A DNA stretch of 64,000 nt from Tubiluchus corallicola. Its lineage: Eukaryota > Animalia > Priapulida. A program made the position numbers and the translations under genes. This document shows, one piece after another, positions 38,642-55,299 of this stretch. The stretch lies in NCBI GenBank assembly GCA_030141605.1, contig JAQGDQ010000044.1:682001-746000 (forward strand), written 5' to 3'. The notes under the pieces were generated by a model that was given only the letters and a program-made list of their open reading frames with translations, was not told where the DNA came from and searched no databases. Each line of letters starts with the position of its first letter. Position 1 is the stretch's first letter.

Positions 38642-40580
38642 CTATAATACAAAACACTCATGTTATAATAATAAACTAACAAAAATATCATTATGCATAA
38701 AACGATTATGCATAATTATACATAAATTATAACACTACATCAGCATAATTAATGTTAAACAATGCTAAACAATGTTAAACCCACAATAATTAATTAGCTA
38801 TTGTCGTTGCTTATAGTTTTTGATCACATCAGTCAGTTAGGCACCTTCACAATAATTAATGTGTTTTAAAAAAATGTAAAACAAAAAGCAATTGTCACAA
38901 TGCGATGTAATGTAAAATTTATTTTAGTCGTAATTATAAGCACTGGGCAACTACATTACGACTGTAACAGTCAGTTACACAATAATAAGGCTTTCACAGT
39001 TTCGTTGTGCGCACGCGCAGTTGTTGTAGGTCGTAGGTTAAGTGTACCACAGCAACCCGTCGTATCTACAATCGTCACGTGACATGTGGGTAAAGTAAAG
39101 CCCAGTTCAGTAACGTCAGTGTTTTCGTGGACTTCACTTAACTGTGCAATAGTCTGTGCGGGATCTTGTTTGGGAACAAGAGAAAATGAATTAGAATTAA
39201 TTACTAATCCAATAGCATGGACTGCGAGGTGTGGTCAAGTGAACACAAATGCGTTGTCTGGTACATTTAACCTTTGACCTTTCCACGATCATCATCAATC
39301 GCTGGAACTGCGAAAAGGCTTATTAACTGACTGTACAAGCTACTGCTATTACTATAGCTAATGCTGCTATAACTGCTACATTACCATTGCTATATAATAA
39401 ACTAATTATATTAATTAATTAGCATAATTTAATTATTAGCAGTTTTCTGTATTAGTAATTATACCAATTAATCAGACCAACACTAGCAGTTAATTATCAG
39501 TATTATAATAATTCTCAATTGTTAAAACCTAATAACACTTATTATTATTATAAGGCATAATAATTCCGTTTTGTGCAATACAACACACAATTTAACAATT
39601 GCAGACTTATCATCATCAAGTTTACAAAAATCATGGCATGTAAATTCCCTGCTCACAAATAAAAAATTAAACACAGTTAATCATGCTTTTGTGTTTAAAT
39701 TAATTGTATTTGCGGGCGCTTAGAACTGCAAGAATGTGTTGGTGACATGCAGTCCACTGCACCTACATGCAGTTTACATGCAGACACGTGACATGCATGC
39801 GATAGTTGTTCTGAAACGCATAATAATTAATATGACGTTGAACGTTGGAGGTCTGTTTAATTTCTCGCAGCTTCAAAATGAAGCCATTAATTAGGTCGTC
39901 ATTGCAGCACGATAAGTGCTCGGTTCAGCTAGAGATAATGACTTATCTTCATTATGTTAGTACGATGTGACGAAAATTACGTGTTTATTAAGCGAAAAAC
40001 CATCACGCATACCGTAGATGTCAAAACCAGAAGTGCCCATTCTGAGAAAAGTAGGAAAAAATTATGGCAAATAATCATTTGCGGATGTCGTAGTAGCCAG
40101 TTAGTAAATGAATCAGCTACACATAGTGATGATAACTGTTTATTTGGTATAATACAAAATGTAAAGGCATAACAACTCTTTTTGCAGTAGAACTTGAGTA
40201 AACACTTTTGTATCCAACTTATACCTGATGTAAAAACTATACAACTGATTATGTTATAAAGTCACAATGATTGTATGTTAATGCATGCCCAGTTGGTTAA
40301 TGGAATAAGTAGCATAAATATGAACAATTCTGACAATTTCTCAGTCAAAAAAGCTTTTGTCGTTTTAACTTTAACACTCATAGCTAGTTTATTGGACAAC
40401 AAGCGTATTTTCTGTTGGGAGGTTGCGGGTTCGATACTACGGTGGGGTAATACAAACACTTTTTACGTGGCACCTGCCTGGGTGGATTAACGATTCTGTA
40501 ATGTAGCTGTAGTTGTTATTTACAGCCGCTGATAAACGCCTAGTGTTGTCTATTGAGTTTAAAACCATCTTTAAATAAAG

Positions 40581-40663
<83 letters not shown>

Positions 40664-40700
40664 TATTACTATTATTATTACTATTATTATTATTATTATA

Positions 40701-40772
<72 letters not shown>
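40581..40772. repeat. (TAT)n microsatellite, probable retroelement tail
   Basis: Immediately preceded by AATAAAGA. Confidence 0.9.
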
Positions 40773-40774
<2 letters not shown>

Positions 40775-43644
40775 AAGAAAAGCAAGGCCCTCTAGGAAGT
40801 TGGGCTTATTTCAAAAATGTTAGAAAGATTTAGTAATAAAATTGCTATAAGTGCTTCGTGTAATTAGTAAAATCTCCTTAAAATCGCGATCATTTCACGG
40901 TTGGGCGCTGCTATTTTTAAGGCCTGTTCTTCCCCTAATGACATCGTTCATCAAAAGCAGCCCACTCTTATTTGCCGTCAAAACTGTAAGTTTTCATAAA
41001 AAATTATACAGCTAATTTTTTGATATTTTTGTTCGAACATTAGGTATGCTGCAGAAGCTTGAATTAGTTTATGCAGCGCGTGCTTACGGAAACTTACGAT
41101 GCGCTTACGAAAAGTCACGAAGTCCACCAGTTACGCCACAATTTCAAGTGAACGGTGGCAACCACCGCGCCGGAAAATTTCAAATAAAGCGAAAGTAAAA
41201 ATTAACTTTATGCTTTATAGACAATTTTTGCAATTTTACTTCTTATATTTTTCTACATTTAGGTGATAGCAGTAAAATAAACCCAACATGCTAAGTGACT
41301 TGTCATTTCTTTAAAGAAAATAAGCCTAAAGGTAAAGACGAATGATGAAATATGCTTAGCTTTAGCAGGCAGCAACTTTCTTACACAAACTGTCACTAAT
41401 AACATGTATTGTTATGGTCACAGCAGCCCCGAGCATTTCCTTTATTCGAGATTTAGTAAACTTCAGCGTTTCTTACGTCTGTTGAAAAGTGCAGATCGAA
41501 ATCCATTACGCTTGTTTGATGCTTCAGCGGTGTGCCTTTTCTAATTCACTTATCAGTCTGAAGCAGCGGAAATAAATTATGAGGAAAAGTTTACGCGGTG
41601 TGACGACACAATTACAGAGTGAGTCCACAGAATGGTGATGCTGCGGTCAGTGATTCCCAGTCGTCCAAATATTTTTCTTGAAACAACCGGTGATTTTCAC
41701 TGAGTTGGTTGTTCTGAGATGAGGGAAGCAGAACAGCCGAGTGGCCACGGCGTGTACTTCGCGAGCAAGGCTAAGCCACGCCAGGCAGATGAATCAATCA
41801 CTTGTGACCGCTTGTGTTCCATACTCTCTCTTGGCGGTTTCATTGGCCATACGAACTGTGGATGTTTACGTTCGAAGACTAGACGATTTGAGTGCAGTGA
41901 GATGCAGCCCCAGCCGATTCAGTCCAACCTCATCCTAGCAGGTTAACTTCGTAATGAGTCACAAGGTGCAGAACGGTATAAAAAATAAAATACTCTTGGT
42001 AAAATGGCAAAAGGCAAGAAGGTCTCAGCTGGCTTTGAACCAGGTGTCTTCAGGTACACAGGTACTGTTCTTGCTGTCATCGCGTAATTTTCGTTGATTT
42101 AAAAGTGAACTCGGTAGAACTGAGAAACTTTGGCCCACCTTACAGTGAGGAGCATTCCTTGGGGCATTCCTCATGGAACACATTGTTTTTTATGGCGCAT
42201 TTCATACAGACGTCTCATGTGGAAATCAGATAAAAAAGTTTGGGATTCGTGAAAACAGTACGGATAGCAATCGCAGCACGAGTGGACCATTTGTGTGGCA
42301 AGTTAACCCCGTAGTTTAAGAAAAAACGAAACCAAAACCAGGTTTTGTTTAATTTTCTGCATTCTGAGTAAAACGTTCAAATTTTTGATTTTTACAAAAA
42401 CATTGGCCTATGAACGTTTTAAACTGAATTCACTTTTTTTAGGAATGGTAGCCTATTTAAAAATGTACAACATAAATATTATTTTTGCCTAAAAGAAACG
42501 TCAATATGTGTACTTAGTTATACTTATAAAGCTTTTTCATAATATATTTACTTTTAGTCTAAGTATCATGATGTAGCCAACATTGTTACAATTGTGTTTT
42601 TGAAAGCGTCATTTTCCTTGCGTCCTCAGTGTGAAGTGGGCCTTAGGAATTTATGTTCACCACGATCAGTGTTCTATTTTTTCGTTTTTGTAGTTGTTGC
42701 TATGGTCACGTTGTTGTCGTCATTGTCATCATCATCGTCATCGTCATCGGAGCCTTTCAGACGTTTAGACACTACAGAAAGCAACATCATTTATGGTGCT
42801 CTCAAACTACACATATTGGTAAAGGGGTAAAGTTGCACAGTTCACATCATGCCGAGATATTTTTGGTTTGAACTTGTCGTAAGTCGATAGATTGACGAAC
42901 AAGAACGAAGACAACTCCTATAGAAAGCGAATACAGCCGCCAGCGGCAATCTAGGATAAATATCCCCTTGGAATCACTTAAGCGAGCGCCGAAGTAACGC
43001 GCTCAGTAATATTTATTTTGGGCAATACATTTTAGCTTGTAATTAGCTGTTTCAAAAATGCCATCTGCAATCGTAATATAAGATAATACTGTAATTAAAA
43101 ATGTAACATACGTATTTTGTGGAATACGTATACATTAGTGCTGGATCCTGCATGCAATAGCCGCTGCTACAAAGTATGAGAAGCATTTTCATGCACTAAT
43201 TTAAAAATGTGGTAAAGGCATGCTTATTATTCGTAATATATAATGCAGTGCCAGTGCTATACATGTATAAATAACAACCAAACGTACCCATTGCAGCAGA
43301 AAGCGGTAACTTGCAGACGGTGTACAACCATAATCTCATTGTCCAGGTAAAATAAAAAAAATCTGGAGCCATCCACAAACGCACGTCGAACAGCAATAAA
43401 AACCGAGGGTAGAAAAAAGGAATGCAAACCAAAGCAATAGAAAGCACATAAGCACGAAACAGGTGCGAGCCACAACATCTAGATTAAAATGCGAAAAATT
43501 GTAGCATGTTCTGAAAAACTTGTAGGGGCTTTGTGACAGATATTTAACTATGGTGCAGGCTGTGTGTTTTTGCACCATCACAATTTTAAAAAGATGTAAA
43601 ATAACCACATTTTAAAGTATATCACACTTAATACGCAGGATACA

Positions 43645-43880
43645 AACGGAGGTGTACCACAAGGATCCACTGTAGGACAACTGCTTTTTCTTAGCTACAT
43701 CAATGATCTCTTTCTTATTACTGATTTCAGTACATATCTTTTTGCTGATGACAGACCCCTTAATCAAATCCATCCACTAATTCATTTCAGTTCCAACATC
43801 ACAATAACAGAGAGCTAACTGGATAGAAGCATACAAATTATCAGCTAATTACACCAAAATTAAATATATGATACTAATAA
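43645..43880 (+). mobile_element. CR1/L2 LINE RT core fragment
   Basis: Manual translation GGVPQGSTVGQLLFLSYINDL...YLFADD; not in the ORF track. Confidence 0.8.
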
Positions 43881-46800
43881 GCAGCAAAGGATGTCTCTAT
43901 TGGTGATCGCAAGATGTAAGGCATTCGCAGTACGGAGCACAAAAATAATTGGGAACAGATGCCCCTGTACGGTAAGTAGGTGTTTGTCAGGTGATGGATT
44001 GACTTCAAAGCCTTAAATACAGTCAGTTAACTTACGATCTTATACAACTTACGTGCCCTCTTGGCTGGTTGCTCGTTGTAACTAAATTATCACTAAGCCC
44101 CCGGTTCATTTGTTCATGCTATGTTTCAGTTTATTGCTTTCTTGCCTGCTTTATAAAACCTATGCGAGCGAATGCAGTAATAAGAAGCAAAAAAATTTGC
44201 GTTTTGCCAAAAATAGCTGAACTAGCAGTGCTGAGCTATATGTAATAGCTTTTTATAGTAGCTATTTAAAACGCAAAATTCGCCCACATAAATGGGTCAC
44301 TGCAAAATTTTATACAAGGTGTCTAAAAAGTCAGTTTTGTAATTTTCGTGTAATTTAAGCAGGATTTCAAGTTTCTAAAAGTAGCAATAAATTACTCAGG
44401 ATCTTCGTTGGCTTCAAGCTACAACCAAAGAGCGTGGACAAAAGAAGCTCGATTCTAAATTCAGCAAGATTGGTGGATACTGTTTGACAGAAAACTGAAT
44501 TACCTGAAGAAAATTAAATTGCGTGAGGAATGGTAACGAAATCAAGTCTCTTCATACGCCAGAAATTATTGTGAAACGAAAATTTTCCAATAAAAATCAA
44601 GACGAGTTGATTCCACGACAGAATGGTATTTGGTCAATATTAGCTTTTTGTTGAACTGAGCTGTTTTGTTTTGCTTAAGTTATGCTGTTTAACATAAACA
44701 GGCTTTTCCACTGTTTTTTGGTACTCCAAAAATTTATAGCAACAATAGCTATTGTGATGACTTGCAATAGCTATTATACTAAAACTAACGCTTTATACAC
44801 CGTGTATGCATAGCTATAATGAAACCTAAAGGTAAGAATAACAGGGTAGTAATCATTGCGCACATCAAAGTCATCCATAAAAGAAAGACCTATTATAACG
44901 TAGGTCAGAAAAGTATTGTACACATACTTAAAAGTGCAATAGAAGTAATCTTGGCAGGTTATACTGAAAGGTGCTAATAGTTATTATTATAAAATACTAT
45001 TAAATGATATTTTATAATATCATATATATATAATATAATATCGTCTTTGTTTGTTATTGTTTAGGTCATTAATTAAGTCTTGTCCATGTTGAGCTTAGCT
45101 CATAAGTTAATTTCTTCTACTACGCTCATAGCACTGCAATGCAATGTTAATTTGTAATTGTATAACTTTTGTATTGTGCTAAATTGATGAATAAATTAAT
45201 CTAAATCTAAATATGTTTTATAAACGTACAGGTTAACCAACTAAAGTAGGTCCCCACTGGAGAGTGCTACGACACTCGTAGATTATTTCTACTAATGCCA
45301 TCATGCATCAGGGATTTGTAAATTTAAATTTACAGTTTGCTGTAAAAATATAGTCAACCATTGGGACAATGAGCAACTGAGCTGTATATACTTCTAGGCA
45401 CGTGTAAGTGAAATAAACTGGGAACCATTAAAGTTTTTGCTCCTCTGTGTGTGTGTGTGTACTGTAGACAAGCATAGAAATAGAATTATCATTTTTGTGA
45501 AGCTCAGACGCTTCTGATGCAGATCTCATTTGAATTCAGAGACGTGACCGTATTTTGCAAAACAAAAAAAAACTAGCTGAAGAGTCGATACGTCGCTTAA
45601 CCAAACGTCCACAAAGCAGTCAGTTGTCAATACTCGTCGGTTGTAGTCACACTGTAAGTTCCAATATATACTAAAATTATCATCGTCGTCGTCGTCGTCG
45701 CCATCGTTGTCATCACCACCATCATAATCAATATTCACTACCATGTGGCACCGCAACTAACACAAACATCAACGCCAACAACACTATCATTGCCACTAAC
45801 GCCCCATGACCTTATTCAGCCACCATTTTTAATTTTGCTGTTTAAATTTTTAACACCAACGGCAGCTAGAATGTCAGCTGCATTCAGTACGATTTACTAC
45901 ACGATGTTCACAATATTATAACGCTTTGTTTCACTCTCCTTTCATCAACCCTACACCTGGAGTTTAATACTTTCATCTGAACGCACTGATTATTTTAAAT
46001 TACCACACTTGTGTAAAAGATCACGTTTCTGTGACAGACTTGATTGTATGGTAAAGCGAGCGAGTCATCGTTTAATCATGACACCTGAGGCATGGCAGTG
46101 ATTAAAAGAATTGTCAGTAGTAGAACTAAAAATCATAATAAAGGTCATTCTCACAGAAGCACAATGGGGAAAATAATTATACTGCAAGTCTGTAATTTGA
46201 GTGAAAGTCAGATTCAAATGTAAAGATGAATGATCATTGTTATCTATGTATAGTATTAAATGTTGACTTCATGGTTGTTGATGTTGGCACAGCAGTTGCT
46301 GCTGCTGCTGCTGCTGCTGCTGCCCTACTTTTGCTGCTCCTGTTCCTGTTGTTTTTTGCTGTTACTGCCGTTGTTGCTGTTGCTGTAATATTCTGGAATT
46401 TGTGATTAAGTACGAACGTATTGCCAATGTCTAACTCGCTTTTGTACTAGAAATATTCAATCTGGGTGATGTACCAGACAGGCTGATGAAGTAGCTGTTA
46501 TTGTTGGTGTTGCTGTTGTTTCTAAAATTCTATTTCAACTGCCTTTTTATAAATTTTGACGTCATTTTATGTCACAGTTTTCTGAAATTCTGTCCCTATA
46601 ACAATTCTGCTTTTGCCGCTGATTTGCGCAAATCTTCATTGAAACGCCGCCTGGTGACAGTAATCATCAGCTGTCATTGGCACGGCCTTTGTTGTCATTA
46701 TTCTTGAGTGACACTACAACAAGTCTACATAAGCCAAAAAAAATCTAAGTCCAAAAATGTATTAGAATGCGCAGTTAAGTGACGTTTCGTTCGAAATTCA

Positions 46801-47039
46801 AAAATTTTACATAATTCTAATAAAATACCTCCTAGTGTGCATCATTCGTAGATAGATGTTGAAAATCCAAACTTGTTAGACATCTTATATGTAAAACCAA
46901 ATTACCTGCAACACGTTTTAGTCATTGTGGTGACGTTTTTACTGACAGCAGCAAAGGACACAGTGAAGCGGAATTTAGTGATGGCAGTGGCGTTTGCTGC
47001 AATGATTATAATGAAACTAGGGTAACAGTGATAATTACG

Positions 47040-47975
<936 letters not shown>

Positions 47976-48832
47976 GTAATGCTGCTAACGATAAAGATGG
48001 CGATGTGGCAGTGGTTAAGATAACGACTGAAATTTATGACACTTATTACAAATATCATATCACTTAGTTTAAGGGAATCAAACTGTGCTTAAAGCGAACA
48101 TTTCCTAAGAAGGGCAGGACTAACCTGCCCCGCTAATGCCCTATACGGTTTTAAGCAATATAGGATTTTGCGGTTATTGTCTTACGTGATTGCCGAAAAA
48201 ATTTCTCCTAGGCGGCCTCCCAGGGAACTCGGATTTCAGTGTTCAATAATCATTTCAACGCAACCTATTACGGCAAATTTCTATCATAATTTCTTAACGT
48301 TAAATGATTTATATTTGACATTTTGCGATATAAATCCCAAACGACTACACTGACAATAGACGTTCAAAATCACCTTGGATTTTGATTGTAATACAATCTT
48401 TGCACAGTAACTTCATATGTTTTTACCCAAAATTGACATTAGAATATTATAATATAATTTTATCGCTGCAAACTGACAGTATTTAGACACTCCTTCTAGA
48501 AGTGAAAATTGCTAGACATCTTTGAGCGAAATATATGAAGAAGAACAGGTGGAAGAACAAGAAAAAGAACAAAAAATGAAGGAAGAGAAGGAGAAGGAGG
48601 GCTGGTCTTATATATGCAACTGAGGAAGCGCAGGGGTAGATGGTTACGGTAGAGCCCTCTTCCCTCCTCCCATAGCAAGTAAGTAAGATCTTTATTTACC
48701 ATAACAAATAATCGTAGCAAATAATTAAGAAACCTAATCAGTGAATGTTTTAAAAAACATACACTGTTAGAGGCAAATGAGACAATGGAAAAGCTAAACT
48801 ACACGTACAAATAACAAAACAGAACTTTAAAC

Positions 48833-49378
48833 TTAAAGGAAGACAGGATGATTTTTCATATACCACCCCATTTTCAAGTCTGATAAAACGTGTACATTTT
48901 AACACAATTAATACTGCAAAAGCGTTTCTGATAATTAAATAATAGATTAAAAACTTAGATCCCAACTATTGATGACAGACACAAACTAACATAATTTTCA
49001 ACAACAAAAATATTCGACGAGCGTGTTGCACGTGTTGGCGAAAGCGAAAATTGAACTGCAGTACTACCGTAAGATATTCAGAATTTCAAATTTACCGTTG
49101 TGCTCACGCATGAGCTGTCGAACGTGTGTAGTTCGTCACAAACTAACACATCTGAACTGAGAGGTACAGCACCTGTTTTTGTGCAATGCGTTTCTAAAAT
49201 GCAGGCGCTAGTGCCTCTCTAACTAGCGAATGGCGAAATGCGTGTAACAGCGAAGAACTAGTATCAAAAATGTGAAATTGTGTTTGTGTTGTAATAACTC
49301 TAGTACGTTTCCTTTCAATATTTTAAAGAATAGACTATTTTGACCTACAGTTTAAGATTGGGTCCGAATTTGCTTTAA
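48833..49378. mobile_element. TTAA-flanked element, second copy of the 855-1431 family
   Basis: Termini TTAAAGGAAGACAG ... GAATTTGCTTTAA; colinear with 855-1431. Confidence 0.65.
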
Positions 49379-50399
49379 ACTTTACATATTAACAAACTGA
49401 CTAAGATCAGGTATTGAATTAAAAATGAGTAGTCCTAGAAACACGACCAGAAAGATCTGTTCATGTGGAACATGACTAGTAAATTCCCAACACAAGTGGG
49501 AGTCGAACCCAAAACCTTTGAATCAGCACACATAGAAAGACGACCACTGCAAATTACTGTAAATAAATTTGATAAATAAAATAAACGAATTTGCAGATAA
49601 ATACATAGAGCTTACAAAGAACACACTTTTGACTCCTGTTCGTTTATCTGCCGCCATCTTGTTGCAGACAAAGTTTGCTGGTATATCCCTCCAGTGACCC
49701 TGTGTTTCCACAAATTTCCCTTCTTTTTGTGGGAACAGCGGGAAAAATTGCTATTTAAATTTTGCGGCAATGGCGGCATTTCTATACACATTGATTGAGT
49801 TGAAATTTTAAATTATAAATTAATTCATAATTTAAGCGTTTGTTGATTATTCAGCGGTAGATCAAGAATTACTGGACATTTAAGAGAAATTAAACTTGGC
49901 ACGATTACTGCGCCATTTTCAGTCATTTTTCCTTTGTAAATAATTAGTCTTGTAAACAGAAATTCATCGACGTTTCGTTTCACGTTCAATGTCGCTAAAT
50001 TTCTGTTAAATTTCTGTTAAAAAGAATAATAATTGCAACTGAGGTATACATTATGGGTATGCATATGGCCTTATATTTATTTTCTTAATACTAATGCCAT
50101 TTTGACTTGGAATATTTGCCCATTGGACTATACATTTACTAACCTTTTTTTAAATGTTTAGCTTACTAATCCTCTGTTCTTTGTGGAAATATTTATTTTA
50201 TTTGTCATGCAGTAAATGTCCTAAATAGTGATTTTTAATTAAGCTTTGTTTATTGCATTTGTTTATTGTTTGTTTGTGGCATTTATTGTAGTATTAAAAC
50301 ACAAGGATTGTCAATAATTACTTTATGAGATCAGATCTATTAAACTAAGCAAAATGACAAATTTTCTTTTTAACGATGCCAAGAAGCCTACAAAGCATC

Positions 50400-50810
50400 C
50401 ACCACCACCATCATCCAATGAATCACACGTCCAGGGACATGATTCTGCTCACCTCTCTATGCCAGGTCTCCCTGCTCGCCGCAGTGCCCCAAGTGCATTT
50501 ATTTCTAAGGATCAATGCTGAAGTGTTTAAATCTTTCTGTGCAAAATCTAAATATGTTAACATTTGTCCCCTGCAGGTTTTTTAGCTGGTTCTATGGCTT
50601 GTTGAAGAGCTATCTTCACTGGAATATCATCAGGTAGTCTAAACATATGCCCAATCCATCTTAAACGGCGTCTTTTTATTTTTCTTGTCCAAGGTTCTTC
50701 TTTTATTTTTTTCATATAGATCTTTGTTTGAAATTTTCTTTGGCCATCTAATACCCAAAATGTTTCTGTAATTTCGCCTTTGAAACACATCGATTTCAAA
50801 ATACGGCCAC
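50400..50810 (-). mobile_element. RTE-clade LINE 3' fragment
   Basis: IDVFQRRNYRNILGIRWPKKISNKDLY and RRLRWIGHMFRLP motifs in shifted frames; short GAT/GGT tail. Confidence 0.8.
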
Positions 50811-52647
50811 TCTTTCACTGCGCCAAAACAATGGTACAAATCTTTTTGATTGCCGAAAGTCACTAAATCACTCACATTCAACTCAATTTATTCACACCTA
50901 TTGTGAACTGAAATATACGTAAAATAAATAAAAATACATAGGATGTTTAAAAAATAAAGATATAGTGTTAGTTTCTTGCTTGAAATAGGTTTCAATTGCT
51001 TCTATTCGTGTTTCCGGAAGCTTAGTGCGTTTTCATTTCATTTGATAAGTAAAAGTATGTAAATATGTTAAAAAAAACTCATTTCTGGTATTTACTGGTT
51101 TCGATACAGTAAGTTTATACAGCCAAATTCGCTTGTGCAATTGAATAGAATTGATTCACGCGATTTCACGTTGTATATCACGCAATAAAAACTGTTTGTT
51201 TTGTCATTTATCTTGTATGTCTGAAATTGTTTCAACAAATTTTAAATCTCCATCAGAGCATACATTAATCAAAACGTCAAGGACCAATTATAGAAGTATT
51301 TACACTCTAAATCATCATCATCATATGCCCATTACGTCTATTGTGTCTCTATTGCAGAACTCTAAAATAAAAGAAATCTTCTCTCAAGACAGGTAAACGC
51401 AGCAGTAATCAAGCAAAAAACTAGATACTGCTATGCCAGTGACTTGTCAGTGATCGAAATAACACAATATGGAATATCTTCAAAATACTGAAATGGAAAA
51501 GCTTTATTGATTTGTTACTTTTTGAACGCTCTGCCTTTATCACAACTCGATGACTTTAGCCAATCAAAACAAAGTCATTTTCTCATAACTAATAAAAAGA
51601 ATAAATTCATGTCCAGGACGTTTTGCGCGTCTGAAACGACGCAGGCAGTTTTGCAAGACGTTTTAATACTTTTCCTCCTTTGAAGTCCGTCTCCTGTGGA
51701 ATTTATAGTTCGCTTAATTGAGAAGTTGTTTGTATATGGTCTGCATACTGTAATAAATTTCCTTATTCAACTAAACTCCATGTTAAATTGTTTCGCAATT
51801 TCTACTAGCGCAGCATCAAAATAAATTGCGTATATTTTTTGCACGTACAATAATTCAAGAGAGTTGCAGCGTCGTTATATTTCTGCATGAGGAATTCATC
51901 TAAACAGATAAGTATTAGAACGCAATTTATGCGGTGAAATTGTTTACATCTTATAACTTTAATCGTCGTCGCCATCGCCGCCACAAGAGATGCCAAAGAA
52001 GAGCGCACAAAGGGGAAGAAAGGGGAATTTTGAAGTATATCTCAAAGAACTTTCCACATAAAGTTTTATAACTTAGCATTACACTTACCTGTTTGAAACA
52101 TTTATTATGTAACTAGAAAAGAGAAAAACTAGAAAATAATTTAAAATGTTCGCGCCAACTGGTAAAACGTCACTCCAGTGTGTATCGCTGATTCACTAGA
52201 AACGCATTACAGATTTTATTAGCAAGATAAAGTAATTTATACTTTAGCTTAGTTAGCAAAGAATATGTTACAAATGGCTAGATTATTTTTACAAACTTCA
52301 CGCAGTGTTATCTAAACCTGTTTCAAATGACTTTTTTTAAATGGGTGTTTATATTTACAAGTTTTACTAAGCGTTACTGCTAACACTTAGTAATTTCTTC
52401 TTCTCCCTTCCTTCTTCCTATCCCTAATCTTACTATTTTTTCCATTCCATCATGTCTACTAACCCTAACCATTCTTTCGTTCACTCATTTGTGCCACCTT
52501 AACAAGCCAAGCTTTCAAGGTGTCATACGGCAACTCTTTTATTTGGTTAATTTGACTTCATCAACGCTTTTTTACCTATACTGTTTCTTTTTGTTTCAAT
52601 AATATTGCATGTTGATGTATTGTATATGTATTGCTGGAGTGAAATAA

Positions 52648-52753
<106 letters not shown>

Positions 52754-53422
52754 CACAAGCTCTGTTTACAATAATATAGCATGTAGGTGATACAAAATTA
52801 CAAGACTAATTCTTTAACCTTTATTTCTGAAAAGTGTTTTCTTATGCTTTAAATAACCGTTTCCAACGTTTGACCGCACGCTAAGCATGACAGGTTTGAT
52901 GAAACGTAAGGCTTCCGCCAAGGTATAAAATTTAAGAAAATTAATCATCACTGAAAACCAATTCGACTAAAGGTTCTAAAATTTTATTAAAACTGATGAG
53001 ATGTTGAACTAATTGAAAAAGGGGAACACATATAAATGTTCACCGCTATCTAATAGACTTCTGAAACAACTAAAAACTTCACAAGCTTCCCTGTTACGGG
53101 CGTCACGTGACAGTCTGTACTTGTTACTTGCATGATATGATGACGTTCACGGTGACATTCGTCGACAAGCACTGAACCGAACGTGTGCTTACAGACATCC
53201 CATAACTAAAGCCCTGAGGAGCTCGCAAATTCTGAATTAAAGTATATATACGTATTTGGCAGGAAAACGAAAAATTTTTGCAAACTATAAACCGCATTCA
53301 GTGAATTTGCAAAATACTGCAGCTTTCTTTGATACTTATTTAAGACCCATCAGACTTTCTGTTTTCATTATATATTTATTTATTTATTTATTCATTCACT
53401 CATTTATTTATTTATTTATCGG

Positions 53423-53572
<150 letters not shown>

Positions 53573-54229
53573 CATACATTCATTCATTCATTCACTCAGT
53601 CACTCATTCATTCATTTACATTTGTTTATTTATTTACTATTTTATTTATACTTTTAAACTAGTTTCCGAAGCTGGCAGGTCTTTCAAAAGAATAAACAGA
53701 AATAGCTCAATCGGCTGCAAGCTGTTTTTCCATGTCGAAGGTTGCCGGTTCAATTCCGCGTTTAGCAGTTAGCTTAAAGCAGTTAGAAATAAAAACAATG
53801 TTTACTGGAACTTTCTTCATGTATTGAACAAACAGGGTCAAGTTTCTGCAACACAGAAAAAAGGTTAACTCCACCCAGCGAATATAACGACGCATATATG
53901 CTTCACCCAGGTATATCAGCCCGTCGGCTACATAGTGAGACGGGGAGATGGAGACATTAACCCAGACAATCTAGAACCTGTAGTTGCTCAATGGCTGGAA
54001 CCATGTACTCTGTGTGTGTCATATAATCGCTCATCTTAGACAACTACCTAAATATTCTGACATCGACACATCATCGCTGACATCAATATTAGCACATAAT
54101 GATACCGCTAAACAAGTGGAAAATGTACATAGATGTTCGTTGTTATTTAGTTTAAAAATAATTTATTATAGGATTGGATCAGACAGTTTGAACAACATTA
54201 TTTAGGATCCTCATCACAACAGACTTTAT

Positions 54230-54560
54230 ACACTATTTACAAAAACATTTACAGTAAGAATAGACTATAACTACACAAGCTGACAAGTTTTACTACAAGA
54301 TTACATTAGACATTAGTAGAAAATGACGGTTAGAAAATATTAATGTACGAATATTTAAGACTGATGCATTTCATATCAGATAGAAACTACTGGAAGCGTT
54401 TAGTACGTAATATAAAGTCATGTAGGCATTGGAATATTGTACAGTTAGCAACATAGTTAAGTTCATCTTTTCCGAATAATAACAATTTCAACAGATCATT
54501 AGTTCCTAAGGCAGCTATATTAAGGTTGTCGGGCAGAAGTTGCTATTTCAGCGAATGCCT
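54230..54560 (-). mobile_element. LINE ORF2 extreme C-terminal remnant
   Basis: Manual translation LLKLLLFGKDELNYVANCTIFQCLHDFILRTKRFQ*. Confidence 0.6.
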
Positions 54561-55074
54561 TTGTATATTTAGACATACGAAAACTATTTTGCATTACTAT
54601 TGTATAATATTGCTGCGTATAATAGTACTTGCATTTTGCTAAAAGTGTTTTTTAATATGCACCCAGTTTGCATTTACGTGACGTCACTGATGTAGCAGTA
54701 AGGAACATGCCTTGTTACGAACTTCTTACAGCTACCTTGCAATTTGTAATTTTATTATAATTTTGTTGGTCAATAAATTACATACATACGTAGGTAAGTG
54801 ACGCCCGCAGCATTTTTGATACGCCACAAATTGCGTAACGTGCAATTTGCGCATGTACATTAAGTGCATTACTAAAATAACGCAAATGGATTATAAGGTA
54901 ATTTCGATGCCATTTATGGCAAAACAGAAAGCCTATGCTTGCGGCAGGCTAGTGTTAACAATTTTGAAGTAATTCGACGTAAAATTTTAACATTTATGAA
55001 AATGTCGGTCTAATTAACTTAATTTATACAAGCGAACAAAAACATAACTTGAGGAAATGAGTTAAAGTGTTAAT

Positions 55075-55299
<225 letters not shown>

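Noticed and set aside
43196-43608. Hydrophobic minus-strand ORFs (LVCIPF) as a possible GPCR TM2 exon
   Set aside because: There is no LAxxD or TN.F motif and no phase-1 donor at the expected position.
53700-53765. tRNA-like sequences here and near 4975, 9535, 30800 and 40380
   Set aside because: They have A/B boxes but no intact acceptor or anticodon stems, so they are treated as SINE heads.
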